Shown here: positions 40,001 to 52,000 of the stretch, piece by piece
How positions within the stretch are numbered: position 1 is the first letter of the stretch
Layout of the letters: every line of letters starts with the position of its first letter
From: Ginglymostoma cirratum
Taxonomy: Eukaryota
NCBI GenBank assembly: GCA_024137785.1
Contig: JAHRHZ010000009.1
Location: forward strand, 26,969,216-27,033,215
Direction: 5' to 3'
Length of the DNA stretch: 64,000 nucleotides
The notes under the pieces: model-generated
The model's input: the letters and a program-made list of their open reading frames with translations, nothing else
Database searches by the model: none
Told to the model about the DNA's origin: nothing
Translations under genes and position numbers: made by a program

Positions 40001-43000
40001 AAGGGCCTTCCCAGAAGCTCCAATCTAAGAGGAAAGCCCTTTCCATGCCAATTAGAAACTCACCTGTGAAAATTTTGACTTTAATCTGTTGCCTGCATGA
40101 GGAGGCTTGGGAACGACAGACATTCAGCTCATCGGGTCAACTGGAGCAACTGGAGTAAGATGGTTAGTGACTTGCATTAACTGCTAGGACTGTGGCTATA
40201 ATCCAATTTGCTCTCCTCTTTAAAGAACACCTACCAGTGCTGAATCTGATAGTCTGATTGATCTGACACCTACCACTGAAAGTACAAGCAAGGGGTAAGT
40301 GCTGCAAAATCAATTGCCCACTATTTAATTAAGATTAAATCCTGTTGTAGAAAATATTATTTCATCAATTTTCCAATTTTCCGTCGTCTCCTCTCCTGAT
40401 GGTGTTTCCTGTTGAATGAGTCATGACTAGCACTCTGGTACTCCAACTGAGTGATAATTCTTCATGTGTGAACAGTATGAGTTGTCAAGGGGATTGACCA
40501 AGGGGATATTATATAAATATAATGAGAGGTGGCTATTTAGGCCACCTATTTTACCAAAGTAATCAGGTTCTTGTTTTGGGTGTGCTTCAGTTCAGTTTCA
40601 ATATGCAAGTATGACATAATTGTAGCCAAAAAGCATGTTAACATTCATACAGAATTCAACAAAATCAGTGCTTCCACATTAAATAAGTCTGGCTGATACA
40701 TAATGAACGCAGAAATCCACAATTATAGTACATTTTCCTTTCTGTTCGCAGGTCAGATTTTATATTGAAGGTTGGAAGCAAAAGCCTAATTGATCTTTCA
40801 ATCACTCCAGAGCAAACAAATACAAAGTAAGATCACAGTCGATGTTACCTGAAGCCGGAATAAGAATTGCAATTTTTTGATCAAAACTCATATCCATTAG
40901 AAGCTTTACAGACTGAGTTGAACAGTAAAAATGTTCTGAAAATTACTGCAGGTTTGAGTATTTGGTGGAATATATAGAATTACAATTGACTCTATAAAAT
41001 GGAGTCACAGAGTGCAGATGCTAGGATGTTATGGAAAATGTCCACATAACAATAGTTAGTCCCCAGTTGGAATACTGTGTCCAGTTGTAAGCACCGCACT
41101 TTAGAAAGTGCAACAAGTCTTTGAGGAAAATCAGAGGCGACTTCCTATAAAGGATGAATGGGTTTCAGTTAGCTGGAGAAATCTGAGAATCTGGAATTGT
41201 TCTTCCTAAAGCAGATAATTTGAATGTGAAATTTAAAGGAAGTGTTCCAAATTATGAAGTGCTTTCACAAGAGCAGATGAGGAGAAACTGCTTCCACTGG
41301 TAGAAGGTCCAGTGATTAGAGAAAATAGTTTCAATGTAATTCTCTAAATAAAATCCAGGGGTTTTGGCAGCAGAAGTGGAGTAAAATCTCCTTATTCATA
41401 GAATTGCTATGTTCTGGAATGTAAAGCCTAAGAAGATTTTGGAAGTAGATTTAAGTTAACATTTAGAAGAGAATTAGATAAACATTTAAAATTGAATTAA
41501 ATTACAAGTATTTCGAGAAAGATGAGGGGTGGGACTAATTTGTCAACTCTTTCAGAGAGCCTAGGCACAGGCATCATGGGCTGAATAGCCTTCTCCTGTG
41601 CTAGGTAATTTTACTGCTCTATTCTATGGTTATATGACTGGCACTTCACTGCAATTTTGAGGTAGGAAGTGTCTTGGGTATTTCTGAAAAATGCACTTTT
41701 TTTTACTTTGTGATATCGAATAATATTAGGAAATTGCAGTAATGTTGGAATTGTGGCATTTGCCAATTTTGCTCTTGTTTAAGAAGTCCGGTTACTACTC
41801 CAACTGCTCCAGCTAGAACTTCAAGTCTGATTGATCTGTCACCATCCTCTCCAGCTAAATCTAAGAGGTAAGTTCAGGAATGCCTTCCTCCAGATGACAT
41901 ATTGCAGTTGGATCGGGTAGTTAGCACCATTTTATATTTCTTCAAATACAAATTCATGTTTAAAATAATGATACTGTTCCATTCTTTGTGAACACATGAA
42001 AATGCAGACATGATCTATTGGTGACTTGTTATTCTTATAAAGGCCCTGGATGTAATGGCTAGGATCCTTTGGGTGATTTTTTGTTTGGCTAAACTGAGTC
42101 AATAATTGAAGCAGAAGTATTCATTGTGGTGTACCAGCTCATGGTTAACCTGATACCCTGTTGACAAGGACCAGACACTTGTAACATGTCCACCTATACC
42201 AGGTGTAATGTTAGCACATACATAACATTGTTCTGGCAGCAAATCACAGAATTACAGAATCACGGCAAACGCTATGCTGGATTCTTGTCTGCTGAGACAG
42301 AAACATTTAACTGCCCCTGTAACTATTGGATCACCGATAAACTATTGGTTTTCCTATCATCATTGTGCCCGCTGGTCCAACTGAGCCACCCATTGTGTCT
42401 TGAACTTGGCTCTGCCTGCACTCCCCAGTCGAACAATCACACTCGTCAGTATTCAGAACTAAATAATGGTTAAAGAGCGGGATGCACTGAGGAAACTCCT
42501 GCACTGTCTTCCTGTTCCTTTTGACTGCCTGGTGGTTACCCTTCCTTCTTTCCCTGCTTCTCTTAATCTGGAGAGACTGCACCAACAAGTACATTATTCA
42601 CATACTCTCAACCTCACAACGCCAGGTGCTGCTCCAAAACCAGAACTCACACTACCGCAAATATTGATACTTCCTGACTAAATGGTCAACCAGGATACAT
42701 GCTGCATGCCCCACGTTGCACAGGATATAAACTCTCAAGACTGAAGCAGACTTGCCATTCCTTTTTATATTTATTCACCTTGATACTTCCAAAAATGTGG
42801 CAATAATAATAAACATTACAATGATTAAGCAAACCTTATAACTGATAATAAATTGACTAATAATTTACACTTTACTAGTTTCAATAAACCTTACTTAAAG
42901 CTTCTCTTTCCCGCTGTGCAATGAATTTACACATGAAACAAATTTACAGCATTACAAGGAAGTGGTGGATGTGGGTACAATTACAACATTTAAAAGACAT

Positions 43001-46000
43001 TTGGATAAGTGTGTGAATGGGAAAGGTTTGGAGGGATATGGGCCAGGCACGGGAAGATGGGACTAGTTCGGTTTGGGATTATGGTCAGCATGGACTGGTT
43101 GGACTGAAGGGTCTGTTTCTGTGCTGTGTGACTTGGTCTATATATCACTCAGGCATAGTCTTCTGACTATGTACTCCTAACTGGCATTGCAGTTCAAAAT
43201 ATTTGTCTCTTATATAGAGTGTCTGACGAATCATGACTTAGTACAGCATCATTGTACAATAATTTAAACCCATTGAACCAACAACTTTCATTTGATTGAT
43301 AGATGACTGTCACTACGAGACAGACACCTGTTTAACAAGGCAGTTGTGGTTACTTAATAGTTGTTCATTCAATGTCAGAGTGCGGCTCTTAATTTATACT
43401 TTAAACTTGAGAAAGATTTACCAGAAATTACTGTGTGATCCAAATTCAATCCTAACCTCAGTCACATCACATTCAGGTGTAATCTTCTGACCATGCATCC
43501 CTTAATGACCTTCCTAATTAATAAAAGGCATATAATTATCAATTAAGTGTTAATGTGTTCTGCAGTGACTTTTTGACACAGTCTTGAATTATAGCATTTC
43601 TTTTAACAGAAACAGTGGTGAGTGGGACAATACCAGCTATTCTACAACTACAAGCACGAAAACATCATTTGACCCAAATTCAAGAAAGTCGAGGTATCAC
43701 ATGATACAGCTATGTTATTTAATGCAATTATTTCTCCCTAGATGAAGTAACCATTTGCATTGTCCCACGAATGGAATGGAAATCAATTCAGTTACATAAT
43801 GTGAGAGTGATCAACTTCCTAGATTACTATCTGTGTTCAGTAAATTCCCTATGATCAGAGACCACCGTCAAGTTCCTACTAAACAGTATGTTTCCAGTCA
43901 GTAATTTTGACCAGGCAGAGGTGTTTGAAAAGGGTAGTTTAAGAAGAGGAAAACTAACGTAGATCATTAATTTATAAATGTCATTAAATGTTCAATCTGA
44001 TATTTGAAACAAACTATTTTTTGAACAGGAACAGTGGAAACTGGGATGAATCCAGCTCATACACTACAACGAGCACAAAGTCAACCTTCAATCCAAGGAA
44101 CTCAAGGTACTTAGACAGCAACTTGAAATATCAAAGGCAGACAAGAAGCTTTTCTTGTACATTGTGTTGTGTAATCAGTGTAGATGTTTCTCTAGATAAA
44201 GGAACAATACTCAAATCTAAATTGATTGGATGGACTTAGGCTTTGCAGACCAGCTAACACAAATTTGAAGTTCTGAGACACGTGACGGTAGAACTTGGAG
44301 CTTGTGGATCTAACCAATAATGCCCTGAATTCCTGATATCAGATGCAACTTTGGGAACAAAACAGGCAAACAGGCTCCAAGGAGAAGAGATATGATCCCA
44401 AGAGGAGGGAAAGTGTGCCCAAAGAGGAGAGAAATAGTTTAGTGTGTAGTTCCTATGAAGTTCCCAGAAACAAAGTCGAGAGAACATGTTCACACGGTGG
44501 GTTTAATATTGAGGGGCTGAGATTACTGTAGGGAAGGAATTATAAAGTCCATGTTTTTCTGTGGGCTGTCACAAACACTGGTTTTATTTTTACTTTTACT
44601 TGAGGGCAACATGCTGATTGGAACAAGTCTTATTTGAGTCTCATTGATGTCAGTGTGTGGGTCACTGAATGATTATCAGAAGTGATCCCTGGCTGATTTT
44701 ATGTTCTCTCTAGTCTGATGGTCTTGGGTGAACTTTAGTGACCCTAACTGCTTTTCCAGTTTTTGTATTTTTAACCTTTGATGGGAAAAGCAAGTTTTAT
44801 TTTTAAATTCACTGATACAGAAGAAAATGTTTGTCTTCTTCAAATGAGCAGTAATGTAACTACTGAATCATTTGACTGTCAGGGAACACATCTGATTTTT
44901 TTTATTCTTTCAACTCAATGCAGCAAAAGTCAGACAAGTTTTACAGCAGCTAATTATCCATTTTCCAGGTCCGTGGCAGTGTGAAAATAACTTCCACATG
45001 ACCCTAGTTGCTTTTGGTAGCCATCTTAAACAGTGGGACTCCACTTAGTAAATTTGATTAAGAGATGTGGGAAGCTTTGAGATGGGGGGGGGATGGAGAG
45101 AAATACAATAAATCATTCATTTTAACATTTTTGGTGCGGCGTTTGAAACATCTTTTACTTTTTCACATGAACAGTGGAGACTGGGATGAAGTCACCTCCT
45201 ACACTACAACAAGCACAAAAACAACCTTCAACCCAAGAAATTCAAGGTATTTTGATAAAATATGATGTTATGCACTACAGTTAACTCCTGCTAAGGGAGT
45301 TTGCAGTTTATAACAGGATTTCACTTACTTCTCAAGATTGCAAAGGAAACTATTTCGGAAATTTCTTCTAATTTTTTGGGGGGAATTTACAAACATTTCA
45401 TTCAAGCCTTCTGATTTTTCTCCCATTGTGAGTGGGAATTCTGCACTTTCCTACTGAATTGGTTGTGCATGGAGTGGTTGGCAGGTTAAGCAATTGTGGT
45501 GGATCTCAAAAGTCAAGCCCATTCCCACCTTTAGCATGTTCTTATCCCATGAATAACAGTTCATAGTGGACTGTTTCCACCATTAGCTCAGGTTACAAAT
45601 AATCTTGGTGTCACATCCACTTCCTTTGCTGAGACATCTGTACATTTTCCTTTTTGACGTTGCACATGAACTCACTAAGGCAGAGAAAACCACATTTCTT
45701 CATTTTTCAAAGAAATTGTTGCTTGGTATCTTTCACAGCATAACCTAATCAAAAATTGTAAGAATTCACATTTAGTTGATCCGGATTTGATCATTCCTCT
45801 ATTTATCAACATTAATAGCCTCATTGATCTCAAATGGAGCTGTCTTGTCTTGTGCATTCCAAGCCATCTCTATGACCCTTAGTCCTCTTTTCTTTTGGTC
45901 AAATACTGCAGTACATTTAATGCTCATTATTTACATCCTAATGGCCATGTTAATCAAAGAGATTTTTTGAAGAAAGTTCCATTTTTCCCTCATCAACAAT

Positions 46001-49000
46001 AAATCTTGTACCTATGTAATAACATATGGATAAGAAAATTTCTTGTATCTAATACAAGAATTGTGTATTGATGTAAACGTCTCTCTCAATATGGGAGCAA
46101 CATTCAAGCTTGGATGAATTGGATGGATTTGAAGTTGATAGGACAAATGCTGAAATACTTTGAAGCTCCTGGACATTGGACCAAGTGATGATAAAATCTG
46201 GAGTTTTTGTCTGTGATCACTGATGACCTGAATTCATGACTTTTGAATTATAGCAGGGAAACGTGCTTCCACGACAAGTGAAAATATTTCATCCTGTTAC
46301 TTTAGACTGAAAATGTGAAGTTCTTGAAACAGCATAAAGAGTATAGTAATCCAAGGTGTAGAATTGCATGGTAGGATTGTAAGAAAAAGCGAATGAATAA
46401 TCTTTTCTAAGTCATTATCCTTTGCAGTGGCTGGTTGAAATGCCATTTTAATTTTACCTTCTCTTTTGAATGGCAGCAGTGAGGACTGGGACAATACCAA
46501 TTCCCATACCACGACAAGCACAAAGACAACTTTTGAGCCAAGCTCCAGGTATTGCACAGTACAATTAAGATAGTCATATCAAATAATATCCAATACAGTA
46601 AATTCATGGCTTATCAATCTTTAGTCTGGCTTTTTATACAATTTCAATTCAATAAAACTAAAAATCAGGAGAAAAAGAGAGGCTGACCATTTTCTCGCAT
46701 CTGTTTTAGCAAACAGCTAAGCAAAACTACCCCTTTGTTTCCTTTCTAAGTGTTTCTTTCCACCTCTAAATCCATGAAGTTTTAACTGAATATAATATTG
46801 CTCTCTGGGTATTGGCATTATCTTTAGCAGGGGACCAATTGCTTAATTGTTAAGTTAAGACTGAGTATCATCAGGCAACTTGATCATGGAGGGCCACAAA
46901 GTTAGACTTAAAAACATATTCACTCATGTCTACTGTTCAGCATTCATTACTGGTTAATCCAATAAAGTAAGAGTCAGTTCAGTTATAAAGTCTGGAAGAA
47001 CTTTTCCCTCACAATCTCCATAGCGCTGGGCCAATGTTAGTCCTTAGCAGCTTTTCTGGTTGAGAGTTCCTGATTATTTTTAAAGATAGTCTCTCTCAGG
47101 AATAGGTGAGAAATAAACGTTTGTTTAGATTAGATTTTGATTGCTCTGAGGCTGACGTCTTGAGGATTTCAAGAAATCTAGCCTCATCTAAATAATTGTG
47201 GCCAAATGCCAATAACCTTCATCTATACAGACCGCTCACCCAATGAAAGAATCAACATTTGGCTGGCCAGTTTCATGAATAGGCTACCAATGCCCCCAGT
47301 GGATACCAGCATGGATTCTGCTAGAGATTTCCACAAGTAGACAATTAATCTATAAAGGCAGGTAAACACGAACAATATTGTGCGAACATATACAATACTT
47401 ATCTTCCTTGTGTCAATGGAATGTCTTGTGTCCATTCATCACTTGAGGTGAGATTAGTTAAGATACTCCTGACCCCAACCATAGACTCTCCTTTTCCATG
47501 ATATGAGGCATAATTTTCTTTTTTCTTTGTCAAATCTTTCTTCAGTGCTGCAGAATACTTTCCTGGTCTATTCTTTTTAGTGGCCAAACTTGTTCCACTT
47601 GTTTGTCAAAAACATACCTTAATTTTCTAAAAACCACAAGTCATTCCAATACTATTCTATATCTCGAGGCATTTCTCATCAGCAACTCTTCCTTCTCTCC
47701 AATCCAAATAAGGAGTGCAGGAACAGAGAATTAAAAAGGATAAGCTTTTGCTGTTTTTGCTACTTTGTTCAAACTGCACCTTGTCTCTTTCTTTTTACAT
47801 TGAGTTGCAGCATATAATGGGCACATACTGACAAGAAAATAATGCAGATGCTGGAAATCTGAATCAAGAACACAGTGCTGGAGACACATAGCAGGCCTGG
47901 GAACATCCGTAGTCAAAAATTCAGAGTTAATATTTCAAGTTCAGTGGCCCCTCATTAGGTCTGACAAAAGATTACTTGTTTCAATATCAACCCTGTTTTT
48001 GGCTCTACAGATGCTGCCAGCCCTTATTATCTGTTTTTGTTTCAGATAGCATTAGATAGCAACACAATGTTGCTGGATTAGTAATCCAACCAAAGACATG
48101 GGTGGAAACTAAATTTGAGTGAAATTTTAGAATATGAAGCTAGTCCTGGCAATGGGGACCAGGAAAACGACCAGTGATTGTTGTAAAACCCATTTGGTTC
48201 TTGAATGCCCTCAAGAGAAGGAAACTGGTCATCATTACATGGTTTGGCCCACATATAGGCCCACAACAGTGCAGTTGACTCTGAAATGGCAGAGCAAACC
48301 ACCTAATTCAAAGACCATTAGAGATTGGCAACAAATGTTGGTCTTTCCAGCAATTCCCACGTTTTATGATAGAATTTAAAAAAGAAACTGGGGGACTACC
48401 AGTTCTGCTTTCCATATAATCACAGAAACATCAACTGATGTAATTTTGAGAAGCTACAGCTATTGTTCAGTCCCACAATGGATGCGTTTCATGGTTGCAT
48501 TTATATTGTCTTTAATTCTCGATTCAGTGAATGTTTCATGCAGATTGAAGTCCTACACTTAATGGTACAAGAAGAATAATCTGACAAAAAAAGGTCAAAT
48601 AGGGAGAAATCCGTAAATGACCCAGGAAGAAGCATGGAGATTGTATCATATTTCCTTTTTATGCTGGAAGATAATAAATTTAAAACCCATCAACACTTCT
48701 TTCTGGAACATCTTTAAGTAAATGCAATCATGGAAATCTTTGATGTTTTTAATTAATTACCTCTGATGCTATAGAAATGCTTTTACTGACTAAGGTAACA
48801 CAATGTCAATCTTAGTGAGAAGCAATAAAACCATACTTTAAGAATCACTTTGAACCACCATAAATAAGGCATTGAGTTGTGCCATGACTAAAATTTGAGG
48901 CACAAATTTATACTCATTCATAATTGACATAAATGCAGGAACCTCACATTCTCTAGTCTTCTGTCTGGTGGAATGTTCCTAATAAATAGCAGTGTTGTCA

Positions 49001-52000
49001 TGGAATTCAAAAAAAAAAGATCCAGGGAAAACAGAATAATCTGACAAAATAAAAATGGTCAAGTAACCAGAAATCTGTAAATAATCCAGGAAGAAGCATA
49101 CATTGAAAACTGATACTACTTTGCATTTATGGCATTGTCACATCTCACAATGTCAGAAAATTACAGAGAAGTTTTGTAAGCAAAATTAGAAAATAAATCA
49201 TTAATTGTGTCTTTATTGTAGGTCCACGAGTGAACATGATCTTCCCAAAGATGAACCTTCAACTTACAAATCATCAACTTCTTATACTAAGTCAAGCAGG
49301 ACCTTCAGGTACAAACTTTGTGCCTCTGTCAACATTTCAATGTGGATCAACTGAAATTACCTTGCCCTTAATTATGGCCCAAAACAAACCAATTAGCATG
49401 TGCCTTAAAAAACACTAAATTGTAGCTTAACTAAAAAGTGTGAGATCTGTGCAGACAAGTGGCTAATTGTACACTAATTTCGTGAAAACACACTGAGAGT
49501 GGATGGATTTCTGGAGGATCAGGCTGTCTGTGAAGTCATTTAAAAATGTCAGCTGGATCCCAGTTTTGAAGATCTTGCTTCCATACCTGATGTTGGCAAC
49601 TTTTGCCAGTCCAGTTTAAAGGTGCAGGTAGAGAGCCCACACCCTACGTAACCAAAAGGGCTGACTCTATTGCAGTGTTAGACACTTCATAGCAGTTCTG
49701 GAATTGAGCCAGATTCTAGATGATTCGTTATTCACAGGCCATCAACAGGAGCTGTGAACCACTGTCTGGATTCAAAAAACTATTGAAAGGAAACTTTAAA
49801 AGGTCCTGCCCATGCCCAACACACCACTTCATGTTCCACATGTGTAATCCAATACACTTCCATAGTCCTCATGCCACTTCCAGACTTCTTATTCCTTAAA
49901 AATGGCTTCCTTGTCTTCTCTGTACCCTCCATGGACCTTTCATTACCATTCAGCATGTAATCAGTATGTACAGAAACACGAGGCTTAGAATATAAATGGC
50001 AAGAGTTGAAATGATGAGAAAAAGATATTGAAACTTGCTTTGTCAAAAACTCGCTGTTCCTACTGCACTGTAAATTTGTCAATCAGACCAGGCCGATATA
50101 TTATAAGTCAAGAAGTTTTAGCCAGCTCACACCTCTTAACATTTATAAAATAGAACCTAGAAAAAAAACGTAGCATAACCTTTTAAAGAAATCAAATAAG
50201 CAAGTAAACACTCCCTTGAGTTATCCTATCAGACCTCTGCTGTGCTAATACATTTGTAAATCTTGGAGATCAGCCAGTCATAGTAAATTCATCTGGGATC
50301 TATATTAACAGAAAGGGCTGGCCAGACATTTGGTTTTCCCCTAAGAACAGGTCTATGAGGGGTGAGGGCTAAAGGATGTGATAGCTTCTAACATACTGGG
50401 TCAATGTCCCAGAAAACTAACCCGACTCCATGATCTGTATCTGGGGTCATTGGGCTGAATTCTCTCCTGCCCTACTTACCTCTCCTTGGAGTGAAGATTG
50501 CCATAACAGGGAGGTGGTCTGCTAAATCCTTGTAAAAAGCTTCCATGTATCCTTAAAACGACACAGGGGTAGGAAATTTGGCATCTAAAACAAACACAAA
50601 TGATGTGAGTTCTTCCTCCAGTGTTCAAGAGTTATCATTGAATCAGTTTGGCCTTTGCTCATATGGGTTACGTCAAGTGTACAGCACAGAAACAGGCCCT
50701 TCAGCCTTTCTTACCCTACTTCATCTAAATCTACCTTCCTCACTTGTTGAGTTTGAGTGTTTTGAGTTTGAAAAGTTGCACACCACAACTGTGTTGATGT
50801 AGAAAATATGAGAGATAGGAACGGCACTAGGCAAATATGATTCTTAAATCTGTAGTTGTGTCATAATTGTGGCAGGCTCACTATGCATAAATAAGGATAA
50901 TTTATCTGTTTTTGTTGTCATTATATCTCTATTATTTGCCATGGACTAACTTTATATTTACCATTTTACACAACTGGTCAAAAGCAACACTGACCTTCAG
51001 TTGATGTTAGTTGATCCTTTAACAATTCACATGGTACAACACAGTGCATATTCATCAATTCATGGTAACTATGTTCAGTGAGATGTATGCATCCAGTTAA
51101 TATAAATATCTTCATGGATGCTTGTCTCTTTCAGCTCTAATTCACTTAATGATAAAAGCCCAGTCGTAGAACCAGAACGGTATGATTCTCGATCATCCTA
51201 CAAGGAAAACAGGTATTTTTATGAACTCCTATCACCCCATGTCCTTCACCACCTTTCTCAGACACACACTTGCTCGCTTGCTCACTCACTCTCCAAAGTC
51301 CTGCTTGTGCCTCATCATCCTATATTATGTGAGGTTATTGTAAAGACAGGATTATTCCCATTACCTCTCCATGGTGGAATAGTCTGATTTGACTCACCGG
51401 CCGGACACACATACGCGAAGAATGTTTAATGGACGGCTAATAAAACCAGTGACATTAATTTGTTTCGCATAAGTTCAACTGACAGCCTTTTGCCTCAGAC
51501 ATTAGGATCCAATTAACTTCTTATCAGTGGAAAATGCATAAATAGATTTTGGGCCCATCCTATAATGGCTCTGTTGATAAACCATATCTCATTATTTAGG
51601 GTTGATGTGACCAACAGGTTGGTCTTTCTGTGGTAGTAAATGTTATTAACATTTCCTGTTGCTGATGTGGTGCTTCGCAATATGGGAGCTCACAGCAGCA
51701 ACTCAGGTGCAGAGGATTCTTAACATTTGTTATCATTTTAGTATGGCTGCAATTCAGAACACTTGTACGTACCAACGAATCCCAGATGCACAAAGCATTT
51801 TTAGTGTACACGGAAGTCCCATGCACCTGTGTGCTTTTGCTAATGTGAAGGTAGGCAGCTAGGCAGTGCCACAGTTGATCAATAGCAATAATTTGTAGAA
51901 CGAAAGTAATGAATCAATGTAACGAGTGGCAAGTAACGAAGATGAATGTCAGTGCAAAAGACACAATTTAATATAACAGTCCATATGTTGAGGGAAGGTT

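Noticed and set aside
43610-46548. Spaced repeats read as a CRISPR-like or recombination-cassette array
   Set aside because: Each repeat has splice sites and codon-position divergence, and the spacing is irregular (0.3-1.2 kb); they are duplicated exons in eukaryotic DNA.
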